Source: Candidatus Freyarchaeum deiterrae | Lineage (GTDB): Archaea; Asgardarchaeota; Jordiarchaeia; Jordiarchaeales; Jordiarchaeaceae | DNA length: 64,000 nt | Direction: 5' to 3' | NCBI GenBank assembly: GCA_037305845.1 | Contig: CP147778.1 | Location: 3,392,001-3,456,000, forward strand | In this document: one piece after another, positions 52,466-62,090 of the stretch | Layout of the letters: each line of letters starts with the position of its first letter | Numbering within the stretch: position 1 is the first letter of the stretch | The notes under the pieces: model-generated | The model's database searches: none | Told to the model about the DNA's origin: nothing | The model's input: only the letters and a program-made list of their open reading frames with translations | Position numbers and translations under genes: made by a program

Positions 52466-52801
52466 TTGGATGGGATATGCATTTCTTATAGACGTGGTGG
52501 TGTTACTGCACTAGCCGTACTTTTCTTATTCATCGGGGCGTATGGGGGAATTGGAGCAACATTAGCCGGGTTCTCTCTTGGCCCTACAATATTTCAACCG
52601 ATGAATATTTGGCAAATAGTATTGGTTTTGTTTATGTTTACTGTTGCGGAAATGTATGTCTTTGCTGCTTTTGGCTTGCTCCACATGAAGAGGTGGGGGC
52701 GTTACCTTGCATTGATACTTGGAGTTGGTATGATTCCTTGGATATTAGGAATAGCGATAGTAGTTTACCTTATGAGAGATGTAAAATACGATTTTGAGTA
52801 G
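52466..52801 (+). CDS. RPxG-family membrane protein 6 (family start position reads ATT; possibly decaying)
   Basis: SYRRGGVTALA...MKRWGRYLAL...VKYDFE; ATT at 52481 where paralogues have ATG. Confidence 0.7.
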   Translation: MDGICISYRRGGVTALAVLFLFIGAYGGIGATLAGFSLGPTIFQPMNIWQIVLVLFMFTVAEMYVFAAFGLLHMKRWGRYLALILGVGMIPWILGIAIVVYLMRDVKYDFE

Positions 52802-53071
52802 CTGCAACTTTTCCTATCAAATTTTTTCTACCTGAAATGTTTGCCAAACTCCTCCTGATACTAGTCTCTTTAGCTCTTAATACTGATAATCAGAGCAGTT
52901 TCAATGTTTAAAATCCAAAAAGTGTTAAGTAGGCTTATTGGGAGGATAATCAGTTAAGTCTAAGTCTCAGTTTATAATATTTTTTGCTTGTTTTTCTTAG
53001 GTTGCTTCGACAAGAATATTTTTATATCTAAAAAATCTTTTTCAAAGGTAAAAAAGGTAGGATAGATTTAG

Positions 53072-53539
53072 ATGAGTTATAGGCCGGGTGGTGTCACAGA
53101 ACTAGCCGTAATTTTCATACTTCTTGCTGCGCTTGGCATTGGTGTTACAGTATTCATTGAGGAGGTATTAGTCGCTGGACAAGTTCAAAAGGCGTTTTTA
53201 GGCGGGATATTTTCAGTTATGACTGGGCTGTCTTTAGGATTGCCACTAGGAGATACGCTTCTCTTAGCTACGTTTTCGACAGCCAGTTACCAATCAGCTG
53301 TAGGCTTCTATCATATAGCAGCCGTGATTGCAATTATGTATGCAGCAATATGTTTACTTACTGCTATCGGCTTATTTGGGATGAAAATCTGGGGATACTA
53401 CCTAGCGTTTATAATAGGAATATTCGACATAACCGTCGGCGTAATCGGTTTGTTCTTAATAGTTGGTATAATTCCTCTGGTATTTGGAATAGTAGTATTA
53501 GTGTACCTGAGCAGAGACATAAAAGACAAGTTTAAGTAA
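53072..53539 (+). CDS. RPxG-family membrane protein 7
   Basis: MSYRPGGVTELA...GLFGMKIWGYYLA...IKDKFK. Confidence 0.85.
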   Translation: MSYRPGGVTELAVIFILLAALGIGVTVFIEEVLVAGQVQKAFLGGIFSVMTGLSLGLPLGDTLLLATFSTASYQSAVGFYHIAAVIAIMYAAICLLTAIGLFGMKIWGYYLAFIIGIFDITVGVIGLFLIVGIIPLVFGIVVLVYLSRDIKDKFK

Positions 53540-53792
53540 AAGTCCCCCCAAATTTTTCTTCGAATCATCCATTCTTTCAAGATAGTTTGCGCGAATCCTG
53601 CCCTGGCATATTTTTGATATGAATCTGCATTCTTGATTTAAGCCAAATTTCTTGTAGTTCATAATTAGAGCTTAAGGGTTGAATGAGAAGTAATAATTTT
53701 TTTAACTCCTGATTACTTTGCAGATGAAGCGTAAACTATTCCACAAAAATTTTCTTCCAAGTTTTGAGCAGAAAACACACCATAACCAATTA

Positions 53793-55907
53793 TTAATCCA
53801 CAGAGGGTATTATTCGAACTTGTTTTCCACAATTGTTACAGAAGAAATCCTTAGGTTCGACTTTGGTACCACAGTAAGGACAATATGAAACAATCATGGT
53901 TGAAAGTTGCTGTAATTCAGGAGAAATTCCCCCGATTCCGATTCCCACAAGAGGAGCCGCGGGTTTTCTCTTACTTATTTCCCAACTAAGACTGAGTGCG
54001 ACAACTAATCCCAACGCGATTAGTCCAATTCCCCCATATGTTATATTATAGGCTGTATTTGTTAAATTGGTTATGTCGTTTAAATACAGGGCCCATAAAA
54101 CTGATGACACAGACCAGTCAACAAAAGCGGTATCGTTTAGAGCCAAGGGAATATTGAATAACGCGCTTCCACTCGCATTAACCAGCGTCAGATTTCCTGA
54201 GAAGTCATAAACCGACCTCCATAAGGGGACGATAAAACTGACTGGCACAAACAACTGTGTATCATTAAGACTGGAGAAAACCCCAGAGGATACTGTGGTG
54301 TAGGCTCTGGCATTACCGCTTACAATAAAGGATGCGTTAATGATTGGATGATTGCTGGTTATGTTTCCCACAACAACGGTAAGAACAACATCCGAGGGAG
54401 TTAGATCCCAAAAGAGCATGGGATAAGCGAGAGCCCTTATCGGAGTTATTGCAACAGGTAGGGTGAGATTGCTTCCATTATAATAACCTCGTAAATAGCT
54501 ATACGTACTAGAAATATTCAGCAGTCCGGCTCCCTGTGCAAATGGGTTCAATCCCAAGTCCTTCGCATTCATCAAAAGTGCAGCCTTAACGGTGTTCGGG
54601 GAAAGCTTAAGCCAAGGCATACCATTAGTAGTACTATTATCAAGCAGTAGAGCTATAGCTCCAGACACCACAGGGGTGGCAGCGCTAGTTCCACTAAATC
54701 CTGATGATCTAAGACCGCCAGTACTGCTCAGAGCAATTAAATTTACACCAGGAGCTACTATGTCGGGTTTGGCTCTGAGGTCATCAGTCGGCCCTAGGCT
54801 AGAGAAGTAGGCTACTGATTGGCTGGAGGAGTTAAATGCACCTACTGTAATAATGTAAGATGCCAGCCCAGGAGAACTTATAGTTCCGTAATAGGGTCCC
54901 AAAATGGTACCTCCCATGTTGATTCCACCCTCATTGCCTGCAGCTACTACCGCAATTGTGTCATTATTCACCCACGCACTGTTTACTGCCATACTCATGT
55001 CATCATAAGATGTACCGAATGAATCACCTAGAGACATTGAGACAATATCAGCCTTTGGATGGTTTATAGTATTCCATGCCTCGTTTATCGCTCCCACTAC
55101 CCAGTCCAATTGACCATATCCAGTTGCATCTAATGCTTTTAGATCCAGGAAGTTTACTGCGGGAGCTACCCCCTTCGCAGTGGGAAAATTAACACCTGAT
55201 GCTCCAATTATTCCAGCCACAGCTGTTCCGTGACCATTATGATCTAAGAAATCTTCACCTGGTACAAAACTCTGACTATAAATTATCCGGCTTCCATCTA
55301 GATCTAACTGAGGCGTAATTCCTGTGTCTATTACAGCTACGACCACTCCAGTTCCGTTTAAGTTAAATGGGGAGGCTTGGAGTGTTGTGGCTCCTATCGC
55401 GGTGTTGGCATTTGCGTCTTCGGCTTGTACTCCGTCTGTCGTTACTTGGTCGGGTACTATTTCTACTTTTTCGTTGTAGGTTATTGTGCGTATGTAGTTT
55501 TGTTGGGCTATGGTTTCAGCCATTCCTATCGGTGCCTTTATGCACACGCCGTTGATTATGGTATAGTTTGAAATGACTTCGAAGCTTCCAAGGTTTTTGA
55601 GCAGGTTTATTCCCTGTGTGTAGTTTACTGTTCCATCAAAGAAGATTAGCATCTCGCCCTGTGTTGAGGGATCGGAATTCTGGACCAAGTATTGTAGATG
55701 GGTTCCCATCTTGGAGTTTATACTGGGGGTGCTGATTGATTGATTGGGGAGGGTTAGGGTGTTTCGGGTTATTTGTTGTTGTTGTTGATTAAACGCGAGG
55801 AAAAGGGAGGCTGAAAAAATTAGTGTAACTATTATTAGGAGAAGTATGAGTTTTTTTGTTATTTTCACTCGCCCCTTCATGATATTACTACTCCCTTTTC
55901 TCCTCAT
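53793..55907 (-). CDS. Membrane-anchored S8 subtilisin-like serine protease with C-terminal zinc ribbon
   Basis: Signal, propeptide, VAVIDTG, HGTAVAG, AAGN, GTSAATP; C-terminal TM; YCPYCG-x8-FCNNCG. Start may be 55880. Confidence 0.9.
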   Translation of the reverse strand: MRRKGSSNIMKGRVKITKKLILLLIIVTLIFSASLFLAFNQQQQQITRNTLTLPNQSISTPSINSKMGTHLQYLVQNSDPSTQGEMLIFFDGTVNYTQGINLLKNLGSFEVISNYTIINGVCIKAPIGMAETIAQQNYIRTITYNEKVEIVPDQVTTDGVQAEDANANTAIGATTLQASPFNLNGTGVVVAVIDTGITPQLDLDGSRIIYSQSFVPGEDFLDHNGHGTAVAGIIGASGVNFPTAKGVAPAVNFLDLKALDATGYGQLDWVVGAINEAWNTINHPKADIVSMSLGDSFGTSYDDMSMAVNSAWVNNDTIAVVAAGNEGGINMGGTILGPYYGTISSPGLASYIITVGAFNSSSQSVAYFSSLGPTDDLRAKPDIVAPGVNLIALSSTGGLRSSGFSGTSAATPVVSGAIALLLDNSTTNGMPWLKLSPNTVKAALLMNAKDLGLNPFAQGAGLLNISSTYSYLRGYYNGSNLTLPVAITPIRALAYPMLFWDLTPSDVVLTVVVGNITSNHPIINASFIVSGNARAYTTVSSGVFSSLNDTQLFVPVSFIVPLWRSVYDFSGNLTLVNASGSALFNIPLALNDTAFVDWSVSSVLWALYLNDITNLTNTAYNITYGGIGLIALGLVVALSLSWEISKRKPAAPLVGIGIGGISPELQQLSTMIVSYCPYCGTKVEPKDFFCNNCGKQVRIIPSVD

Positions 55908-56249
55908 GGATAACCCCGTTATAATCTTTTAATCGCGAGACTACGTTTTAGATATTATTTTTGTCAAGAACTTTGGTTTTTGTTTTTAATATTTGTTTCG
56001 ATTGATGCATTCGTGTTGCATATTTTAAGTGTAATATTCATAACAATGGTGGCCCTCTATTCATTTGGCGTGATAAGATAAGATTTTCAAAGTAAAATAT
56101 GAATTCATCCGCACAATTTTTAAATTAAAAAAGTTCCCTTTTTTGTAGTGACTCGCATGATATTCCACTCTAATGTGCCTATTTTCTCTTCAAAAATATT
56201 TTTATAATTGAACAATCCTTATCAATGATTAAAAATATTAGAAGGCGTA

Positions 56250-56735
56250 ATGATGACTAATAGACCACGCAGTGTCGTCGCGCTAGCTTTAATCTTCTTA
56301 ATTATTGCACTTGCAGGAATCATAATAGGAATATACTTGCTATTTTTTGCGGTACCTGGATTTCAAAACCAGATACAAAACGATTTACTCTTTGCCATAA
56401 CCACCACCATTTCACCAACCCTTCTCGGCCCATTTACTGCACAAATTACATTGTTATTTTTGCTTGATGTACCCTCTTCGCTATCTACTATGAGTACATA
56501 CTTTTATAGTGCCCTGTTGGCTTTGATTGCTTCTGTTATGTATTTTTTCAGCGGTGTTGGCTTACTCTACATGAAGAAGTGGGCATACTACCTGGGCTTA
56601 TTAATAGGAGTATCTGATATAATCGGCGGTATAGTCCTTTTAGTAATTATAGTTGGTATACTTTTTATACCAGTCGGAATAATCATATTGGTGTATCTTT
56701 GGCGCGACGTTAAAGACGAGTTCGAGCAGGGGTAA
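56250..56735 (+). CDS. RPxG-family membrane protein 8
   Basis: RPRSVVALA...GLLYMKKWAYYLG...DVKDEFE. Confidence 0.85.
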   Translation: MMTNRPRSVVALALIFLIIALAGIIIGIYLLFFAVPGFQNQIQNDLLFAITTTISPTLLGPFTAQITLLFLLDVPSSLSTMSTYFYSALLALIASVMYFFSGVGLLYMKKWAYYLGLLIGVSDIIGGIVLLVIIVGILFIPVGIIILVYLWRDVKDEFEQG

Positions 56736-57072
56736 CATTACTCCCCCAATATTTTTTGTTTTAGAAATGGTTCGAATTTTTTAGTCCGCATAGCATTCCG
56801 TTCCAGATAGTTATGCCTCATTAAAAATGCTTTAATAGTTAAATAATGCTTATCTCTTATTAAGCAAGATATACAGGGGGGAGGGGGTCTAAATGAGGAA
56901 ATACAGACCGAGAAATAAACGCAATAATCATACATAAAGTATCCAGAATTGTAGTTTGGTATCTACTCTGGATGATGCGGAAAAAAATTAGTTGGATAAC
57001 ATTCTTCTTCCATATATCAGTTGTAAACGATCTTTTTTAGTGGAACACTTTTTTTAGTAAATTAACTTGAAC

Positions 57073-57720
57073 TCATATGGATATTTTTTTTATAGCTTCT
57101 ATTCTTTCTTTTATTGTGAGTTCTGGTAAATCGAAGCTTCCATACTTGGTTACGTGTGGCAGGCTTTCCACTTTTACCTGAGCCAGTTTCGTTAGTGCGC
57201 TTATTGCAGGTTCTTTCTTTTCCATCCAGGTGACAGCGTACTTGTCGGCGTTAAGTTCCTGATTTCTTCCAACCTGTTCTTCCAATCCGGGGTATCCGCA
57301 TTCTTTTATCACAGCTCTAATGTCTTCCAGTATGGCTTCCGTCTCTAACAGATGGATTTGTGCCCATTTTGAGAGGAGCAGGTTGAATCCCGGCTTTTCA
57401 AATTCAGACAGGAAGTTGGCTCCTGAATCATTGTTTAGAATGTGATGTATTTCGTGGAGAACAATGTATTGAAGCTCCTCGGTGTCCAACTTTTTGTACA
57501 ATTGATCAGAGACGTAGATGGCACCGAGTGGCACACAGGATTCATAGAGTCCTCTAGAGAAGACTGGGGGGTCATTGGGCTCGGCGTTAAATCTTCTTCC
57601 CGAAAGCAGCTTCAAGGGACTATTAATGCATTCAAGATGAGCGTCGATAATGTTCTGGATAACCGGCTCACCCACGGAAGACTCTTCTATTCTATCCAAC
57701 AGCTCGGACATACACATCAC
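57073..57720 (-). CDS. M48/HtpX-like zinc metallopeptidase domain protein
   Basis: IYVSDQL, EELQYIVLHEIHH, QELNADKYA, ISALTKL, ERIEAI. Confidence 0.75.
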   Translation of the reverse strand: MMCMSELLDRIEESSVGEPVIQNIIDAHLECINSPLKLLSGRRFNAEPNDPPVFSRGLYESCVPLGAIYVSDQLYKKLDTEELQYIVLHEIHHILNNDSGANFLSEFEKPGFNLLLSKWAQIHLLETEAILEDIRAVIKECGYPGLEEQVGRNQELNADKYAVTWMEKKEPAISALTKLAQVKVESLPHVTKYGSFDLPELTIKERIEAIKKISI

Positions 57721-57826
57721 TACAACGACACGGTAAATAATCCTATTCTCTGAACTTCAACAATATTGGTCGAGGATATAAGTTAATCGCAAAAAATAAA
57801 AACACAAACACTTCAAACAATTAGAA

Positions 57827-58622
57827 AAAAAATATTTTTAATGCAACACGAATCCTGGGTAAATAAAGTTAAGGGAAATTTCAGAACTAAAAATCTTCAA
57901 AATCAGATACCACCTCCCAACGTAAATACGCTCTTAGTCTCTCAGAGCAATTGACAAATTTTTTGAAAGGTGAACATTACCAGTGAAAATCAAATTATAA
58001 TGAAGAATTCAGAACATTTGGGGAAAAAATTGAGGGGGGATTTTATCTCATTTCAAAATCCTCTTTTACCACACTGTACAGGTACACGACTATCATTATT
58101 CCAGCTGACACAATAAGTATACCACCAGTAAGAATAAATATCACTGATATGATGCCACCGATTATGAATAGTATTCCAACTATTATCCCGAGGTAGCGTC
58201 CCCATTGCTTTATTCTGAATAATCCAACAGCAGAAATAATTAGCAAGGGCACAGCGATCAAGCTAATCAGAACCCCTATGTACATAAAGGATAAGAAACT
58301 CATATTGCTGCTTATGATAGTACCAATTATGAAAGCTATAGTGATAGGTAAAATTTGGGCTAGCTCTGGCGGTAAACTAGCTGACAAAGAATATATCAAG
58401 GGGATTGAAAGGAGATTGACGAAGTTTGAGATTTGATACTGAGGTATAAATACAGCCTCGATAAAAATTGCTCCAATGACTCCCAGTGCGGCGAGAATTA
58501 TGAAGATTATAGCTAATGCAGTCACGCCATTTGGTCTAAATGCCATTTTATATCCCGCCCATATTTTTTATCATTATGAAGTGTTGTTTAGACATAAAAA
58601 CATTTTTGTGCGGGTAAACATT
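57827..58622 (-). repeat. Inverted segmental duplication, right copy
   Basis: Reverse complement aligns with 51590-52428; the terminal TATA has decayed to a T-run. Confidence 0.85.
58043..58546 (-). CDS. RPxG-family membrane protein 9
   Basis: MAFRPNGVTALA...GLFRIKQWGRYLG...VKEDFE. Confidence 0.85.
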   Translation of the reverse strand: MAFRPNGVTALAIIFIILAALGVIGAIFIEAVFIPQYQISNFVNLLSIPLIYSLSASLPPELAQILPITIAFIIGTIISSNMSFLSFMYIGVLISLIAVPLLIISAVGLFRIKQWGRYLGIIVGILFIIGGIISVIFILTGGILIVSAGIMIVVYLYSVVKEDFEMR

Positions 58623-58651
58623 GTAGAAAAAATTTGAAGGAAAAAATGTCT

Positions 58652-59087
58652 TTATTGAAACTCGTATTTTACGTCGCGCAAAAGGTACACCACTACCACT
58701 ATTCCAAATACTAATAGAATTATACTAACTATCAATAGTGATGAGCGCACTGTCCATAGTAATGAGAGCACACCGCCGATTATCATGAATACTAAGTATC
58801 AATGCGAGGGTACGTCCCCAGTTCATCATGTAGAGCAAGCCAATAGCAGTTACGGTATATATTGCCGCCACAATAATTGCACCCACCATCTCTAATTCAT
58901 AGATGCCCATGCTATTTCCATAACTAGTGCCTGACATAAATGTCCTACTGGAAAGCACCGCCCATTGAATGCTTAGCGCAGACATGTCTGTAATTACCAC
59001 GATTATTACGGTGATACTCACAACCACCCCAAAAATTATAAAAAATACAGCTAGTGCGATGACACCACCCGGTCTACCAGAAGACAT
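58652..59087 (-). pseudogene. RPxG-family membrane protein 10, frameshifted
   Basis: MSSGRPGGVIALA...WGRTLALIL, frameshift at ~58793, then VFMIIGG...VYLLRDVKYEFQ* in another frame. Confidence 0.85.
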
Positions 59088-59387
59088 CCAACTCCTCCCT
59101 ATACTTTTTTAATCCTTAATAAGAATTGTTTGGATATAAATATTTGTGAAGCGGCATAATTCATTTTAAGGTGGGATAACGTAGAGACTCCGAGAGAATA
59201 TAGGTTGACTACTCCCAGCTCCCAGAGTTGAAGCACAAGAATCATGCGAATAACCGATTGGACCAAAACCCAAAAATTTTTCACCCTTACCTTAATCTTT
59301 TTTAATCTGGAGCAAATTGTTTATAACAGGAGTATTAACGGTAAGACATAAAAGCTATTGAAAAGTTTTAAGGCATAATATATATTA

Positions 59388-60203
59388 TTGGAGGCTTTCT
59401 TTTTGCCCAGAATGCGGGTTGGAAAAATTAACATGTACTACGAGACTCATGGAAACGGTTTCCCCCTAGTTATGATTATGGGTTTGGGAGGACCCTCAGC
59501 CGCTTGGGATAAGTACATCATCGACGAGTTCTCTAAAGAATTTAAGGTGATTATTCTGGATAATAGGGGTACCGGGCAGACTGATTGTCCCAAAGAGAAT
59601 TACACTGTTGACATGCTCGCCGAGGACACCGCCGGGCTTATGAACGCTCTTAAAGTGACCCGTGCCCATGTTTTAGGCGTGTCAATGGGAGGAATGATTT
59701 CTATTAAACTCGTTTTGAAGCACCCCGAAATAGTAGAAAAGCTGGTTCTCGGCTGTACGACTGGTGGAGTCTCAAGGGTTGTTCCCCCGAAGGCGGATGT
59801 AATGCAGAGCCTGAGCGGTTTGACGAGTAAAGATCCTAAAGAGGCTCTAAAGGCCGGTTTGCGTATACTCTACACCGAGGACTTTATAGCTGAGCATCCT
59901 GAGAGGATTGAAGAATTTATCGAACAAATGAAAGGCGGCACCTACTCTCAAGAGGGAGTTATGAGGCAGTTAGCGGGAATATCGGTTTACGACGCACACG
60001 ATCAGTTGCCCACGATTAAGAACCCTACTCTCATATTAGCAGGAAAAGAGGATCATCTTGTCCCATATGAAAATTCCCAAATCCTAGCTGAGGAAATACC
60101 GAACTCTAAACTCGTCCTGTTTGATGGGGCTGCTCACGGTTTCTATTCGCAGAAGAGAGAAGAATTCTGCCAAATCGTCTCAGAGTTCCTCAAAGACCCA
60201 TAA
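59388..60203 (+). CDS. Alpha/beta-fold hydrolase
   Basis: DNRGTG, GVSMGG, GKEDHLVP, AAHG. Confidence 0.92.
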   Translation: MEAFFLPRMRVGKINMYYETHGNGFPLVMIMGLGGPSAAWDKYIIDEFSKEFKVIILDNRGTGQTDCPKENYTVDMLAEDTAGLMNALKVTRAHVLGVSMGGMISIKLVLKHPEIVEKLVLGCTTGGVSRVVPPKADVMQSLSGLTSKDPKEALKAGLRILYTEDFIAEHPERIEEFIEQMKGGTYSQEGVMRQLAGISVYDAHDQLPTIKNPTLILAGKEDHLVPYENSQILAEEIPNSKLVLFDGAAHGFYSQKREEFCQIVSEFLKDP

Positions 60204-60295
60204 GACGCTCTGCCAGCCACCCAGAAAAACAGCTCTAAAAACTTTTTGTTAGTCGTCAAGTAAATGCAATAATTCTTATACACGTAAAATATTAT

Positions 60296-60311
60296 AAAAT
60301 ATTAATATTTT
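60296..60311. promoter_or_regulatory. Perfect 16-bp palindrome AAAATATTAATATTTT, candidate metal-regulator operator
   Basis: Upstream of the metal ABC genes. AT-only, so a chance occurrence is possible. Confidence 0.35.
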
Positions 60312-60381
60312 CTTAAAAACTATTATTGTGGAAATATTATTCAGAAATTCTTAAATAGTTCTGTGTTCTATTACTTGATTT

Positions 60382-61080
60382 GTGGAGAGCCAAACAGATT
60401 ACCTTTTAAAGGTTTCAAATGTCAGCGTAGAGCTCGCAAATCAGCCAATTTTGGATAATGTAAGTTTTACCCTGAAGAGGGGCACAACTCTTGCTATAGT
60501 GGGACCGAATGGTGCCGGCAAGACGACTTTGTTCAGAGTATTGTTGAATATGGTGCCGCATACCGGAAAAATTGAGTGGAGCGGCCATGTTAAGATAGGG
60601 TATGTTCCTCAGATTCTTTCTGTTACGGATGTACCGATTACTGTGAAAGAGTTTTTATCAATTAAGAGTCGTTCAAACCAAGCGGGTTCTCTTAATTCTG
60701 TTGGGCTGGATAGCAAGAGTATACTGAATAAGAGTCTCAGCGTTTTGTCTGGGGGGCAACTGAGAAGAGTATTGGTAGCTTGGGCTATAATTGATAAACC
60801 GAATGTTTTGCTGTTTGATGAGCCCACGTCAGGCGTGGATCTTGGCGGTGAGGAAGCCATTTATCAAACGCTGAAGAGGCTCACTAAGGAAACTGAAATC
60901 GCACTGCTTTTGATATCGCATGATGTTCATATTGTTAGGGAGTATTCGGATTACATGCTGGTTTTGAATAAATGTGTCACATTTTTTGGAGAATCAAAGG
61001 AAATAAAGAATCTGGATATACAGAAGTTAATTTTTGGTGAACCAGTTTGCCTAGAAAGAGAGCCAGATCGTAATGAGTGA
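60382..61080 (+). CDS. Zn/Mn ABC transporter ATP-binding protein (ZnuC-like)
   Basis: GPNGAGKTT, IGYVPQ, LSGGQ, LLFDEPT, SHD. Confidence 0.9.
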   Translation: MESQTDYLLKVSNVSVELANQPILDNVSFTLKRGTTLAIVGPNGAGKTTLFRVLLNMVPHTGKIEWSGHVKIGYVPQILSVTDVPITVKEFLSIKSRSNQAGSLNSVGLDSKSILNKSLSVLSGGQLRRVLVAWAIIDKPNVLLFDEPTSGVDLGGEEAIYQTLKRLTKETEIALLLISHDVHIVREYSDYMLVLNKCVTFFGESKEIKNLDIQKLIFGEPVCLEREPDRNE

Positions 61081-61892
61081 TTTTCATGCTGATAGAAGTA
61101 CTGATTTTCAGTTTAATACTGGGAGTTTTCGTAGGTCTTGCCGCGGGTTACGTGGGATCCGTTATGGTGATGGAGAGGATGGCACTTGTCGGTGATGCTT
61201 TATCACATGTTGCTTTGCCTGGACTTGCTATAGGAATTCTGTTGAATTTTAATCCTTTCTTGGGAGCGTTTGCCTTCCTCTTCGGATCCTCGGTCGTAAT
61301 TTGGCAATTAAGAAAAGTTACCAAATTGCCTTTCGAAACCCTAGTAGGGACGATATTCACGCTAGCTTTAGCAATAGGAATACTACTAGTGCCACAGCCA
61401 GACTTGCTTGAGGCTCTCTTTGGCGACATTACTACAATAAATTTAGTGGACGCAATCATCGCAATAACTATTTCAATTGTGGTCATTTCTCTGACAAGGG
61501 TTATTTACAAGAAAATTACTCTGAGCCTGATTTCTGAAGAGCTTGCAATTTCACAGGGTGTCAACGTTAGCAGAATAAATCTTTTGTATCTTTTGCTGGT
61601 TTCCCTTGTTGTAGCTATAGGCATAAGATTCACAGGGACTCTGCTTGTGGGTATGCTTGTAGTAACTCCTGCTGCAGCTGCAAAGACTGTAAGTTCCAAA
61701 CTTTCGCGATACTTTATACTTAGTGCTGCATTTGGAGCGGCTAGTGCATTTTCGGGGATTCTATTAACCAGCTATTTGAACACTCTCCCCGGCATTAACA
61801 TACCTCCCGGTCCACTGGTTGTTATTTCGGGTATGATAATATTTCTGATAACTATAGCAATAAGACGGGCGACCAAGTTTTCTGCGGCATAA
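61077..61892 (+). CDS. Zn/Mn ABC transporter permease (ZnuB-like)
   Basis: MALVGDALSHVALPG, LFGDI, GTLLV...PAAAA; GTGA overlap with the ATPase gene. Confidence 0.9.
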   Translation: MIFMLIEVLIFSLILGVFVGLAAGYVGSVMVMERMALVGDALSHVALPGLAIGILLNFNPFLGAFAFLFGSSVVIWQLRKVTKLPFETLVGTIFTLALAIGILLVPQPDLLEALFGDITTINLVDAIIAITISIVVISLTRVIYKKITLSLISEELAISQGVNVSRINLLYLLLVSLVVAIGIRFTGTLLVGMLVVTPAAAAKTVSSKLSRYFILSAAFGAASAFSGILLTSYLNTLPGINIPPGPLVVISGMIIFLITIAIRRATKFSAA

Positions 61893-62090
61893 CTTTTTAA
61901 CTTAATCTTTCTTTATTTTTTGAATTCACTCTGACAAAAGGGTTGCTAATTATCAGATGGATAAACTCAGAAGTTTGAACGTCTTTTATAAGGATTTGAT
62001 AAAGATAAAAATATTGAGGGATTTACTTAATGATTGTAAGCCTATGATTCAAATTATTTGCAAAATGTTTTTCATTTAATTTTGATTCTT

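Noticed and set aside
50977-59087. CRISPR array or integron cassette array
   Set aside because: The repeats are paralogous genes with their own promoters. No constant repeat-spacer period, attC-like sites, cas or integrase genes.
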